A DNA stretch of 64,000 bases from Gemmatimonadales bacterium (GCA_046757925.1 JBHHZE010000002.1:11117-75116), one strand, 5' to 3'; numbered from the stretch's first letter, positions 10,601 through 19,937 are shown. The notes: generated by a model from the letters alone, not told the origin. Translations and numbers: made by a program.

Positions 10601-11175
10601 AACATCCCCTGGCTAACCACTCGCTCATCCGCTATGCCGTGATCTTGTACCTCGAGCCAAAACCCGTTGGGTCCAAATGTGTGCGTAAACCACTCAGCGG
10701 ACTGCCGGGCCTGGGCTATGTCATGACGCCTCAGCCATAGCGAGATCTCACCCGAGAGACAGGCGGCGAGGCAAATGATTCCGTCACTGTATTGGGCCAG
10801 GACTTCCTTGTCTATTCTCGGCCTACGGTAAAACCCCTCTAGGAACCCGATGGAGGAGAGGCGAATGAGGTTCTTATAGCCCTTACGATTCTTTGCAAGC
10901 AGCACCAGATGGGAATACTGGGCCGGTGCATCAGCGGGCTTCTCCCGTGCCTGCCGGGGTCCGAACGACATGTAAGCCTCGAACCCTATGATAGGCCGGA
11001 TCCGCTGTGCCCTTGCCTCCTCGTAGAACCTCCAGGCAGCGTGGAGGTTACCGTGATCCGTTACGGCCAGGCTGTCCATGCCCAATTCGCCGATCTTCTT
11101 GACGAGATAGGGAATGCGGCATGCCCCGTCGAGCAGCGAGTACTCCGAATGGGTATGTAGGTGTGCGAAGCTCAT
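7684..11175 (-). CDS. dnaE: DNA polymerase III subunit alpha
   Basis: 1163 aa. The PHP domain starts MSFAHLHTHSEYSLLDGA, followed by the Pol III alpha core (FLIVHDF, PGRGSAAGSLVAYAL, MPDIDVDF) and a C-terminal OB-fold region. Confidence 0.97.
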   Translation of the reverse strand: MSFAHLHTHSEYSLLDGACRIPYLVKKIGELGMDSLAVTDHGNLHAAWRFYEEARAQRIRPIIGFEAYMSFGPRQAREKPADAPAQYSHLVLLAKNRKGYKNLIRLSSIGFLEGFYRRPRIDKEVLAQYSDGIICLAACLSGEISLWLRRHDIAQARQSAEWFTHTFGPNGFWLEVQDHGIADERVVSQGMFQLGEELGLPIVATNDAHYLERADHEAHDCLLAIGTGKDLDDPKRFRFYGQESYVKSEAEMAELFPDRPDILENTQHVADLCEFDFEKRYFVPEFPRPAESKSEDDLLIELAIRGAEDRYCKPLTPEVRRRLDYELETITRLGYSGYFLIVHDFIKAARERGIPVGPGRGSAAGSLVAYALRITDVDPLEFDLLFERFLNPDRVSMPDIDVDFCFERRWEVIEYVRERYGRESVGQIITFGTMKARAAIRDIARVLRVSATDADKIAKLIPTGPAYSLSVAEASQKVPEIQELSQENDTIGRLLYLAERVEGLSRHASVHAAGIVIAPGPLQEYVPVCTQPQRSGNSGANGKDTLITQFDMVSLEKIGMLKIDFLGLKTLTVIQDAVEMIHQRHGVEVDFDEIDLDDPKVYEMLREGRTAGMFQFESPLGTDILRQLQTDRFDDLVATNALVRPGPLDSGMHQVYIRRKRGEEAVRYPHPALEEILKPTYGVILYQEQVMRIAHVLAGFTLAEADVLRKAVGKKDAVLIERELLRFVERCVERGHTRRAIEDIAAQIKTFGRYGFNKSHSVAYSIISFRTAWLKAHYPAEFMAALLSSEIGDTGKVVSYINEARDLGLEVLPPSVDESGLKFTVTGDCDIRFGLGAVRNVGRGAIESIIAARERWGQHQSLAEFCERVDLRLCNKRVLESLIAAGALDHLGTHRAQLAAAIEPAFAEAQLRQMERDTGQENLFGDRPEEVSGPTSKTLPDVPAWTEAERLAKEKAVLGFFISGHPLERFRHEVQLFGSRTTATLGTWSEHQVSAGVVVIAVKRRISRKTGSEYARLTVEDFHGTAEALVFPDAWSRLSDIIQPDSALLLTGTYSARDRGEDKAPFIVEGAEPLDGLRRSGAMGLELIYKDPDGDIADVANGIVALCSAHPGPAPVFVEWRAPDNGTTARFRSRRVSVQLDDDFLNALRELVGPDRVRLVKAK

Positions 11176-11507
11176 GTTTTCATCGGGTCTAATAGCCGCA
11201 AACGGGTGCCATTAAGCCCAACGCAGGATGAGCAAGGTGGCTCGGTGGTCGCCGATGGCCCTGGCCGCACCACCACGTAGACGGAGGTTTCTGCTGTCAC
11301 ATAGTGTAAGCTACCGCTGCTACCGGGCGTTGTCAAAACAGCTCAGAATGCCCTATGTTACTATATAACCGGGGTTTACGGGTTGCGTGCGGCGGCGGGT
11401 GAACTGCTGCCGCTCACAGTCCACACCGGCGGCACGAGTGTGATTCCGGAACGCAATCTCCCATTCCCGGATTCCTATGGGGAAGCGAACGTTCAATAGG
11501 AGGAGCG

Positions 11508-13685
11508 GTGAAGCCTAGACCAGGTGGAATCTTAGTCGTCTGTGCAAGCCTGCTGCTCGGCGCATGTGGGGGTGGGGACAACAATCTGCCGCAGGCCGAG
11601 AGCATGACCAAGGTAGCCGATGGGGACCAACAGCGGGCCACAGCGGGCAATAGGCTTGACGTGCCGCTGACCGTCGTGGTCCGGGATGCCGTCGCGAATC
11701 CACTACCGCGGGGAGAGGTGTTATGGGAGGTGACCGAGGGGCAAGGAGCTCTCCTGTCGGACACGGTCACTGTTTCCGACGGTACGGGGCAGGCCAAGGT
11801 GTTCTTGACGCTGGGGCCGACGGAGGGAAGCTACGCGGTCCAGGCGAGCCTCTCACGTAAACCTGCGGTCAGGGTCCAGTTTTCGGCCCGAGCCGTCGCC
11901 CCGCCAAGCTTGAGCAGCGTCTCCCCCACAGTCTTTGGTGGTGGCGATACGATCGTAGTAAGTGGCAGTATGCTCACTGATTCCGTTCAGGTGGAGATCG
12001 GCGGCGTTCTAGCCGAGGTGATTGGTGTATCGGTGACTCAGACGGGACTCTTGGCAACGGTTCCCAAGTGCCTCGTCCCGGGGCCGGTCTCGATCACGGC
12101 CCGGGTTGGTCTCGCCAGCTCGCCCGCGTTGTCCGGGACCTATCAGGCGTCAAACACCACGCTGCGTCTCGGGGTCGGTGAACGCGTTTCCGCTCTCTCA
12201 ACGTCGTTGGGCGGGTGCGCAACCTTCCCAGACGCTGGTCCCTCGGGCGCCGAGTACCTGATGGTACCGCAGGCCGATGAGTCGAATACTCCGGTATCGT
12301 TCCGGCTGATGGGCGATTCGGCAGGCTCTCCTGTCACGGTGCGGAGGTTCCGGAGGAGCCCACCGACCTCCGCCGCACGGTTTCACGAGTTTCTACGCGA
12401 GTGGGAACGTGACCTCGTAGGCGTTCCGCGGGAGGCACCGAGGGCTGCGCCGGCAGCGGCCCCGATCGCGGCGAATGTCTCGGTCGGAGATACCAAGAAG
12501 TTCCGGGTCTGTTCCACGGCCAGCTGCCGCACGATCGATGACTTCCCCGAGGTCCAAGCTGAGGTGATGTATGTCGGTGCGAGAGCCGTGGTTTATCAAG
12601 ACAAGGCTGCTCCTTCTGGCGGGTTTACCGCAAAGGAGTTCCAGGATCTCGGTCGCTTGTTCGATGACGACCTTTACGGAGTGGACACGCGGGCGTTCGG
12701 TGCGGAATCAGACATCGACCGGAACGGCAGGGTGCTGATTCTATTCTCACCCAAGGTAAATGGGCTCACTCCCAAGACAGAATGTGAACTGGCTATCGTA
12801 ACGGGTTTTTTCTTCGCCTTCGACATAGATCCTGCGGCCAAAAAGGATTCTCGTTCCAACAAGGCCGAAATCTTTTATGCGATGGTGCCCGATCCCAATG
12901 GGACCGTAACTTGCGAATTGACGAAGGAGAGAGTGTTGCGGTTGGTGCCCGTCACGTTGGTTCACGAGTTCCAGCACATGATCAATTTTTACCAACATGT
13001 GCTTCTCAGGGCTGGGAACACCGAGGCAACGTGGCTGAATGAGGCCATGTCCCACTTGGCCGAGGAGCTGGGGGCTTTTCACTTCCAAGCTGCGGGTGAT
13101 CAAAGCAGGTTCACGTCATTTGCGATCGGCGATCTTTTGGACGCGTTTCGATACTTGCAGGCTCCCGGCGCGGTCTCGCCGATTTTCGATTCGGGAAGTG
13201 GCACGCTCGAGGAACGCGGTGCCAGCTGGCTCTTTGTTCGATGGGTGGCCGACCAGTTCGGGGCAGAGGTTGTTAGGCGGCTGTCTGAGACAGGGCGCAG
13301 GGGAGTGGAGAACATGGAGGCAGCTACCGGAGAACCGATCTCGGGTCTTCTGAGCGACTGGCTCATGGCGAACTATGCCTCGGATCTCCCAGGCCTGTCT
13401 CCGCCGGCGCGTCTGCGATATCAGAGTTGGAAGCTGCGCGATGTGTACGCATCCCTTCATGACCAAGATTCCACTCTTTTTGACGTTCCGTTTCCGATCG
13501 TGCCGCTGGAGTTCCAAGGCGGCACCTTCAACGTGAGTGGTACCATTGCGGGAGGGTCTGGTGAGTACTTCCTGGTCCAGCAGGCACCTGGCCAGCGTGG
13601 ATTCTCGGTGCGACTCACCGATCCCAATGGAAACGAGCTAACAGGGACTGCCGTCCCGAGGTTGAACGTGCTGCGGACTCGCTAG
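11508..13685 (+). CDS. lipoprotein with Ig-like/IPT domains and a gluzincin-type HExxH metallopeptidase domain
   Basis: AGGAGG lies 6 nt upstream of the GTG start. Lipobox: ...CASLLLGAC. Two Ig-like repeats. HEFQH at 12963-12977, then WLNEAMSH with Glu at 13041-13043 (HExxH-x21-E, reminiscent of MA-clan peptidases). Confidence 0.65.
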   Translation: MKPRPGGILVVCASLLLGACGGGDNNLPQAESMTKVADGDQQRATAGNRLDVPLTVVVRDAVANPLPRGEVLWEVTEGQGALLSDTVTVSDGTGQAKVFLTLGPTEGSYAVQASLSRKPAVRVQFSARAVAPPSLSSVSPTVFGGGDTIVVSGSMLTDSVQVEIGGVLAEVIGVSVTQTGLLATVPKCLVPGPVSITARVGLASSPALSGTYQASNTTLRLGVGERVSALSTSLGGCATFPDAGPSGAEYLMVPQADESNTPVSFRLMGDSAGSPVTVRRFRRSPPTSAARFHEFLREWERDLVGVPREAPRAAPAAAPIAANVSVGDTKKFRVCSTASCRTIDDFPEVQAEVMYVGARAVVYQDKAAPSGGFTAKEFQDLGRLFDDDLYGVDTRAFGAESDIDRNGRVLILFSPKVNGLTPKTECELAIVTGFFFAFDIDPAAKKDSRSNKAEIFYAMVPDPNGTVTCELTKERVLRLVPVTLVHEFQHMINFYQHVLLRAGNTEATWLNEAMSHLAEELGAFHFQAAGDQSRFTSFAIGDLLDAFRYLQAPGAVSPIFDSGSGTLEERGASWLFVRWVADQFGAEVVRRLSETGRRGVENMEAATGEPISGLLSDWLMANYASDLPGLSPPARLRYQSWKLRDVYASLHDQDSTLFDVPFPIVPLEFQGGTFNVSGTIAGGSGEYFLVQQAPGQRGFSVRLTDPNGNELTGTAVPRLNVLRTR

Positions 13686-14627
13686 GTGCGACACCAACGG
13701 CCGGGTAGATCTTTTCAGATTGCGACTGTGGTGACCGTGACGCTGGCGGCAAGTGTCACGGATATCGCGAGTGCGCAGATTGAGCGTCCCGGTCGCCCGT
13801 TCGTGTTATCGATGACGCCTTCCGTGCGCAGCGCCGGTATGCAGGGAGCTGGGGCCGCGCTGGTCGGATTCTCCGGGGCCGTCTTCAGTAATCCGGCAGG
13901 CCTTGCGACGCTGAGGCATATCGGATTGGAAGGCAGCTATCGAACCACGCCGTTCGGTGGATCTCTCTCGTCGGCATCCATAGGTCTCCGTCTCCGGCAG
14001 TTCGACCTGGGGTTCGGTGTAGAATACATGGATCTCGGATCCGATCCGGTTCGCTACCTGGGCAGTGGGGTGGTGCCAAACGCTGATGCGACTGAGGTGG
14101 GTACCGTGGGCTCCGGGGTGTATCGATTTGGTATGATAGCGTTCGGGGGCAGCGCGAAATACGTTCGCCGCTCGGTAGATGCAGCTCAGGACGAGGCGTT
14201 TAGCGCCGACGCAGGGTTTGCGATTGCGGTCTTCGATATCGCCGCGCTGGGCTTCTCGGTGCAGAATATCGGTGGCAATTGGAAGAACAACTCGGTCCTG
14301 GACATGCCGCGACTGACCCGGCTGGGATTTACCATGAACTACTTGGATCCCAGAGACGCGGTGCGGCTCATGAGTACCGTGGAGATACAGTGGCCGGAAG
14401 ATCGAGGGTCGCGGCTGGTGTTGGGGGGAGAGGCGGGAATCGTGACGCGTGGGATTGGGGTAATCGGACGGGCCGGGTTCAAAGCCAGGCCCTCAGGCAC
14501 CAACTTGTCCGAGTTCACCTTTGGCGCCTCTCTCATGCTGAGGAACGTGGCGTTGGACTGGGCGTTTCAGGACAACGACGTGTTCATGGACACGGCACAT
14601 CACTTCGGCCTGAGACTGGTGATCTAG
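13686..14627 (+). CDS. signal-peptide beta-barrel outer-membrane protein (PorV/PorQ- or FadL-like N-terminal motif)
   Basis: The GTG start immediately follows the upstream stop. Signal peptide ...LAASVTDIASA/QIE. SVRSAGMQGAGAALVGFSGAVFSNPAGLATL resembles the N-terminal consensus of PorV/PorQ-type barrels. Alternating beta-strand pattern throughout. Confidence 0.55.
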   Translation: MRHQRPGRSFQIATVVTVTLAASVTDIASAQIERPGRPFVLSMTPSVRSAGMQGAGAALVGFSGAVFSNPAGLATLRHIGLEGSYRTTPFGGSLSSASIGLRLRQFDLGFGVEYMDLGSDPVRYLGSGVVPNADATEVGTVGSGVYRFGMIAFGGSAKYVRRSVDAAQDEAFSADAGFAIAVFDIAALGFSVQNIGGNWKNNSVLDMPRLTRLGFTMNYLDPRDAVRLMSTVEIQWPEDRGSRLVLGGEAGIVTRGIGVIGRAGFKARPSGTNLSEFTFGASLMLRNVALDWAFQDNDVFMDTAHHFGLRLVI

Positions 14628-14628
14628 C

Positions 14629-15933
14629 CTATTGGGTGTCTCCGTTCTCGTCTGCGTGTCCCCGTAACCTCTCGGCTTCGGCAACTCTTGCGAGACTTAT
14701 CATGTAGGCGGCTGTCCTCCATGGAACGCCATTCTTTTCCGTGATATCGCGGACGCTCTCGTAAGCCACGAGCATCTTCTGTTCTAGTTCACTTCTAACC
14801 ATGTCCAGCGTCCATGGATGCTGCTGGAGGTTCTGAACCCACTCGAAATAGCTCACTATTACGCCACCTGCGTTCACCAGGAAGTCCGGTAGTACAAGGA
14901 TGCCACGGTTCTCGAGAATCCTGTCTGCGATCGGGGTGACAGGACTGTTTGCGGCTTCCACCACTACCTTGCAATCGATGGAGGATGCGTTTTTTTCCTT
15001 GGTGATCACGCTTCCCAGCGCGGCTGGCACTAGCCAGTCACAGGAGATGTTCCACAATTCATCGTTTGTAATCTTGTCGCCACCGCCCTGAAAGTCTCCT
15101 ACCGGTTTCCGCTCGATATAGCAATGTTGAAACAAACTCAGAATGTCCAGGCCGCCATCATTGTATAGCCCACAGCCTACATCCGAAATCGCCACCACTT
15201 TGGCTCCTTGCTCGTGAACCAGGCGGCACAAGTGGGCCCCGACGTTCCCGAATCCTTGAACGACTACGCGTCCGCCTTTGATAGGCACTCCGTAATCTCG
15301 GGAGTATAGCTGCATCGAGTATGCGACACCTCGGCCGGTTGCCTCTTCCCTACCGAGCGACCCTCCCAACGACACGGGCTTACCGGTAACGCACGCGGGC
15401 GTGTACCCCATTCTCTTGGAGTATTCGTCCAGCATCCACGCCATTACCTGGGCGTTGGTTCCCATATCCGGAGCCGGAATATCACGATAACGACCAAGCA
15501 CGATTGATATCCTGCTCGTGAAAGATCGGGTCAGTGCCTCCAGTTCGCGCCGCGAAAGTCTGTGTGGATCGACTTGTATACCGCCTTTGGCTCCACCGAA
15601 TGGCACTTGAGCTAGAGCCGTCTTCCAAGTCATAGTCGTTGCAAGGCCCAACACTTCGTTCCCGTCCGCCTCGGCGTGATACCGTATCCCGCCCTTGCAT
15701 GGCCCGCGGGCCCCGTTGTGCTGAACCCGGTATCCTTGAAACAGTTCGAGCGACCCGTCATCCATACGAACCGGGACCTCGACCGTAACCGAGCGAAACG
15801 GCTGGGTTAGCAGCCTCCGCATGAACGGCGGTAACTCCAAGAGATCGGCGGCGAAGTCGAACTGGCTGCGCACGATAGCACGCGTCGTCATCGAGGTTCT
15901 GTCTAACACTGACTGGGTCATAGAGCCGTCCAT
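14629..15933 (-). CDS. gdhA: glutamate dehydrogenase (Glu/Leu/Phe/Val dehydrogenase family)
   Basis: Catalytic PFGGAKGGIQVDP motif and a Rossmann GFGNVG motif. Full-length family layout. Confidence 0.92.
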   Translation of the reverse strand: MDGSMTQSVLDRTSMTTRAIVRSQFDFAADLLELPPFMRRLLTQPFRSVTVEVPVRMDDGSLELFQGYRVQHNGARGPCKGGIRYHAEADGNEVLGLATTMTWKTALAQVPFGGAKGGIQVDPHRLSRRELEALTRSFTSRISIVLGRYRDIPAPDMGTNAQVMAWMLDEYSKRMGYTPACVTGKPVSLGGSLGREEATGRGVAYSMQLYSRDYGVPIKGGRVVVQGFGNVGAHLCRLVHEQGAKVVAISDVGCGLYNDGGLDILSLFQHCYIERKPVGDFQGGGDKITNDELWNISCDWLVPAALGSVITKEKNASSIDCKVVVEAANSPVTPIADRILENRGILVLPDFLVNAGGVIVSYFEWVQNLQQHPWTLDMVRSELEQKMLVAYESVRDITEKNGVPWRTAAYMISLARVAEAERLRGHADENGDTQ

Positions 15934-16004
15934 GAAGTTGTCGTCCGGTTGGAAGAATGGTGCGAGGAGTACCGGCGACGCAAGGCATGAGGTATTATCT
16001 AGCC

Positions 16005-17375
16005 ATGGCTAATCTGGATTCGTATGTGCGATCACAGCGCTCCCGGATGCTGAGTGAACTGAGGGACCTTCTTCGTATCCCGAGTATTTCCACAGATCCG
16101 TCCCATGATGCGGACTGTCGTGTAGCGGCTCGATGGTTGGTCGACCATTTCAAGGCCATCGGCTGTTCCAAGGCGGAGCTCTTGGCGAGCGATACACACC
16201 CTGTCGTCTATGCTGAGGGTCCCCATCGGGCAGGGCGACCCACACTGCTGGTCTACGGGCACTACGACGTGCAGCCACCCGATCCAGTCGAGCTCTGGAA
16301 GTCGGCTCCCTTCGATCCCACGATCCGGGACGGCAATCTCTACGCTCGGGGCGCTACAGACGACAAAGGCCAGGTATTTTCGATCGTCAAAGCCTTCGAA
16401 GCCGTGAGTGGAAATGGTCAACCGCCGGTCAACGTGCGCTTTCTAGTCGAGGGGCAGGAAGAATCCGGCAGCGAAGTTTTGTTCGACCTGCTCGACCGTC
16501 GACCGGAGCTCACTGAGGCGGACGCCGTGCTGATTTCCGATATGCTTTACTATGCGCCCGGCTACCCCGCGGTCGAGACGGCGCTAAGAGGGCTTTGTTA
16601 CGCGGAAATCACCGCTCGGACGTTGAAAGCGGATCTGCACTCAGGTCTTTACGGGGGAGTCGCGCCCAATGCACACGAAGCGCTGGTGCGGATCCTCTCC
16701 AAACTCAAGAGTCCTACAGGTCGCATCTTGGTACCGGGTCTATACGAAGCAGTCGCAAGGCCCCCGAAGAAGGAGCGGAATGGATGGAGTAAACTGCCGT
16801 TCAAGCCCCGCAAATTCTTGAAGGACGAAGTGGGTGCCAAAGCTCTGACGGGGCTCGCGCGCTATTCTGTTTTCGAACGCATGTGGGGACTGCCGACGTT
16901 GGACATCCATGGAATAGTGGGCGGATTTGTTGGCGAGGGTGCGAAGACGGTCATACCGGCTGTTGCAATGGCCAAGGTGAGCCTGCGGCTAGTACCCAAC
17001 CAGAAGTGGAAGACCGTGCAGCGTCAGCTGAAAGCCGCGGTCAAAGCGGTGGCGCCAAAGTATGCGGATGTTGCGGTCACCTTCGTGCACGGCGCCGATC
17101 CGGTCCAGGTAGACACGTCTGCGGCACCGTTTGCCCTGATAGATCGCGCATTTCGCGAAGTCGAGGGTCGGAGTCCGGTGTCTATCCGCTCGGGCGGTTC
17201 GATTCCGGTAGTTCCCGCGCTGGCCAAGGCAGGCGCACCGGTCATACTGAGCGGTATCGGATTGCCGGATGACGGTCTCCACGCGCCCAATGAAAAAATA
17301 GGTGTGGATCAGTTTCTGAACGGTGTTAGGGTGTTCGGACGGTTTATGGAGTTGATGGGCGCGCAGGTGAGTTAG
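16005..17375 (+). CDS. M20-family dipeptidase / deacylase
   Basis: GHYDVQPPDP, ARGATDDKGQ and LVEGQEESGS metal-ligand motifs. I chose ATG 16005 (MANLDSY...). The ORF track extends to 15957. Confidence 0.85.
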   Translation: MANLDSYVRSQRSRMLSELRDLLRIPSISTDPSHDADCRVAARWLVDHFKAIGCSKAELLASDTHPVVYAEGPHRAGRPTLLVYGHYDVQPPDPVELWKSAPFDPTIRDGNLYARGATDDKGQVFSIVKAFEAVSGNGQPPVNVRFLVEGQEESGSEVLFDLLDRRPELTEADAVLISDMLYYAPGYPAVETALRGLCYAEITARTLKADLHSGLYGGVAPNAHEALVRILSKLKSPTGRILVPGLYEAVARPPKKERNGWSKLPFKPRKFLKDEVGAKALTGLARYSVFERMWGLPTLDIHGIVGGFVGEGAKTVIPAVAMAKVSLRLVPNQKWKTVQRQLKAAVKAVAPKYADVAVTFVHGADPVQVDTSAAPFALIDRAFREVEGRSPVSIRSGGSIPVVPALAKAGAPVILSGIGLPDDGLHAPNEKIGVDQFLNGVRVFGRFMELMGAQVS

Positions 17376-18072
17376 CTGCGGCAGCCGAATCCAACACGGT
17401 TTGCAGCTCCGTCATTTGGGGGCGTTGCCCAAACGTTTCCGAAAACCCAAGAATCACGCTGTCTAAGGCGCGTCCCCAAATGTCTCGCGGCGCTATCGCT
17501 CCCAACTCACGCGCCACACTTGTCATGACGACGTCCGCCATGCCGCAAGGCTCCATCAGTTCGAAATAGGAAAGATCGGTCAGCACGTTGAGCGCAAAGC
17601 CATGCCACGTAACCCAGTGTTTGACGTGGATGCCGATGCTCGCAATCTTGCGGTCCGCCGTCCACACGCCCGTGTAGCCCTCATTGCGCTCCGACCTCAC
17701 GCCCAACTCGGAAAGTGCACGCATGAGGGCGGTCTCCAGCTGCCGCAGGAACCAGTGAAGATCTCGCCGATGCTCGGTCAAGTCATAGATGGGATATCCT
17801 ACGAGTTGACCGGGGCCGTGAAACGTGACGTCACCGCCCCGGTCGATCGAGAACACCTCGATGCCGCGGTTCCGGAGTTCCTCCCGGGGAGTTGGCAGGC
17901 TCGTTTCTTTGAAATTCCGGCCCAGCGTGATGACAGGCGGGTGCTCTACCAGCAAGAGGGTGTCACGTTCCAGAGAGTGGTCGATTCGGCTCTGGGCCAG
18001 AGACCGCTGGATTCCCAGAGCTTCGGAATATGCCATTCTTCCGAGACCGACGACGTTGAGTTCACTGCTCAT
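17344..18072 (-). CDS. lipB: lipoyl(octanoyl) transferase
   Basis: LipB-like sequence (VEHPPVITLGRN, RGGDVTFHGPGQLVGYPI, KIASIGIHV with the catalytic Lys). The ATG overlaps the upstream stop (ATGA). Confidence 0.9.
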   Translation of the reverse strand: MSSELNVVGLGRMAYSEALGIQRSLAQSRIDHSLERDTLLLVEHPPVITLGRNFKETSLPTPREELRNRGIEVFSIDRGGDVTFHGPGQLVGYPIYDLTEHRRDLHWFLRQLETALMRALSELGVRSERNEGYTGVWTADRKIASIGIHVKHWVTWHGFALNVLTDLSYFELMEPCGMADVVMTSVARELGAIAPRDIWGRALDSVILGFSETFGQRPQMTELQTVLDSAAAANSPARPSTP

Positions 18073-18488
18073 GAGGCGGCGGCGGCGCGGGCCTTACGCA
18101 TCGAGTAACCTGTGAGGAGGATGAGGAGCAGCAGGTACACTGCAAGACCGGCCCTGTGTCCCGCCACATCGACCGGCACAGCGACGCCGGCCAGAACGAG
18201 GTTCCCCACCACACCGAGCGCCGCAACCATCCCGCGACGATAGTAGTCCTGGATGGCGCGTGTCAGAAGCCAGGCCGTAGCGGCAGCCGCTATCACTCCT
18301 GTCAGCAGAGATGCCTGGAGCACGATATCTAATGCGGTCAGTTGCGACGGTACCTGTTGCGAAGCTCCCTCTCCTCCGGACAGCGATCGGAGTGTGATTA
18401 GCCCGGCAGTAATGATTGTGGCGCCTGTTGCCGCGCCGGCTATCAGGCTTGCCAATGCCAACGCGACTGGGTCGTTGGTAGCCCTCAC
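18069..18488 (-). CDS. small polytopic membrane protein of unknown function (about 4 TM segments)
   Basis: Sits between lpd and lipB. A GTG at 18488 lies 5 nt after the lpd stop (the track's 18566 start would overlap lpd). The stop overlaps the lipB ATG. Hydrophobic Ala/Leu/Gly-rich helices. Confidence 0.5.
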   Translation of the reverse strand: MRATNDPVALALASLIAGAATGATIITAGLITLRSLSGGEGASQQVPSQLTALDIVLQASLLTGVIAAAATAWLLTRAIQDYYRRGMVAALGVVGNLVLAGVAVPVDVAGHRAGLAVYLLLLILLTGYSMRKARAAAAS

Positions 18489-18492
18489 GTTC

Positions 18493-19887
18493 TCAGATGT
18501 GTATCGCTCTTCCCAGCGAGTCGAGTGCAGCCTCCGCAACCGCTTCTGACAGGGTGGGATGTGCATGTATTGCGAGCTCGACTTCCTCGATGGTGTACTC
18601 GTTCTCCCGCGCTACAGCCAGCTCGTGGATCAACTCGCTCGCGTGAGATGCTACGATGTGTGCGCCAAGGATCTCACCATATTTCTTGTCACAGATGATC
18701 TTGACGAAACCGTCGGTCTCTCGACTGGCCCGAGCACGTCCGTTGGCCGTAAGGGGGAACTTGCCGATGGTATAGTTCAGTTCTCGTTCCTTACACTGAT
18801 CTTCAGTCAACCCGATGCTCGCCACCTCCGGGTGACAGTATGTGACACTGGGGATGTTGTCGTACGTTATGGCATGGGGTGTTCGGCCCGCGATCACTTC
18901 GGCAACCAGCGTTCCTTCCCGACTACCCTTATGCGCAAGCATCGGAGGTCCTGCTACGTCGCCAATGGCGTATACGCCATCGGCAGTTGTCTCGAGGCTC
19001 GAATTGACTTTGATGAACCCCTGCTCCGTGAGTTCGACGCCGACCTGCTCCAGGCCGATATTCTCAATGTTGATAGCGCGACCCGCCGCCATGAGAACTT
19101 TGTCGGCCTCGACAGTTTGGATATTCCCCCCCCGCTCGATCTCCAAGGTGACGCTGTCATCGGAGACTTTCGCTGACTTAATTGTTGCGCCGGCCAGAGT
19201 GACGATCTTTCTTCTCTTGAAGCTCTTTGCCAGCAATGCTGCCGCGTCGGCGTCCTCATTGGGGAGAATGCGTGGCAATGCTTCGATGACCGTGACCGCC
19301 GACCCGAATGCACTGAAGACATCGGCGAACTCCATGCCAACCGCTCCCGCGCCCACTATCGCCAAGGAGGCGGGTGCCTCCTGGAGGAACAGTGCCTCGT
19401 CGGACGAGATTACCGAGCGCTTGTTTATCTCCAGTCCGATTTGCGGAATGCCTTTGACCCGACTGCCCGTGGCCAGTACTACCGCCTTTGAAGCCGAGTA
19501 TGTGTCGTTTCCCACTTGTACCTTCTTGGCGGAAAGCAATGTCCCTGCGCCGCCGATCACCGTCACATTGTTTTTCTTCAGTAGGAATCCAACGCCCATG
19601 GAGTTCTGGTCGCTGACCTGTCTCGAATGCTTCACGGCGGCCGCAAAATCCAGTGCCACTTCTCCAACATTGATGCCGAGTGCCTTGGCATCGCGCTTGA
19701 TGAGATTTGCGACATACGCGCTGTGGAGCAATGCCTTGCTGGGTATGCAACCCACGTTCACACAAACGCCGCCGAGTTTTTCCCGCTCGATGACAGCCGT
19801 ATTCAGGCCAAGCTGTGCCGCACGTACCGCACAGACATATCCTGCAGGTCCTCCACCGAGCACTATGACGTCGAAGTTGTTAGCCAC
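18493..19887 (-). CDS. lpdA: dihydrolipoyl dehydrogenase (E3)
   Basis: FAD motif VIVLGGGPAGY, redox-active disulfide GGVCVNVGCIPSK, C-terminal HAHPTLSE. Confidence 0.95.
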   Translation of the reverse strand: MANNFDVIVLGGGPAGYVCAVRAAQLGLNTAVIEREKLGGVCVNVGCIPSKALLHSAYVANLIKRDAKALGINVGEVALDFAAAVKHSRQVSDQNSMGVGFLLKKNNVTVIGGAGTLLSAKKVQVGNDTYSASKAVVLATGSRVKGIPQIGLEINKRSVISSDEALFLQEAPASLAIVGAGAVGMEFADVFSAFGSAVTVIEALPRILPNEDADAAALLAKSFKRRKIVTLAGATIKSAKVSDDSVTLEIERGGNIQTVEADKVLMAAGRAINIENIGLEQVGVELTEQGFIKVNSSLETTADGVYAIGDVAGPPMLAHKGSREGTLVAEVIAGRTPHAITYDNIPSVTYCHPEVASIGLTEDQCKERELNYTIGKFPLTANGRARASRETDGFVKIICDKKYGEILGAHIVASHASELIHELAVARENEYTIEEVELAIHAHPTLSEAVAEAALDSLGRAIHI

Positions 19888-19937
19888 AATTGAATCCTAG
19901 TTGAGCCTAAGGGTCAGAACTTGACGCTCCGGAGACG

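Noticed and set aside
17196-17206. GGTTCGATTCC, a perfect tRNA T-arm/T-loop consensus string.
   Set aside because: It lies inside the M20 dipeptidase CDS (codes ...GGSIPV...). I could not draw an acceptor stem, D-arm or anticodon arm from the flanking sequence. I found no tRNA genes anywhere in the window.
19126-19133. C8 homopolymer (G8 on the coding strand) in lpd. Similar C7 runs occur in the ThiO-like gene (near 25030) and the acyl-CoA synthetase (near 59381). I considered these as phase-variation slippage tracts.
   Set aside because: All are in frame, encode Gly/Pro in conserved housekeeping enzymes, and the reading frames are intact. Such runs are expected by chance at this GC content.
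18842-19900. Long antisense or alternative-frame ORFs opposite recognised genes: 18842..19900 (352 aa), 20431..21168, 21191..22162 (323 aa), 33811..34881 (356 aa), 35831..36577, 42780..43487, 51423..52265, 52945..53556, 26471..27163, 60600..61211.
   Set aside because: Each lies entirely within a gene on the other strand or frame that has unambiguous family motifs (lpd, E2, pdhB, SBP, gcvP/lplA, GrdB-like, sbcD, sbcC, GT2, Big_2). Their translations are Arg/Ser/Pro/Ala-rich low-complexity strings, as expected for stop-poor shadow frames in GC-rich DNA.
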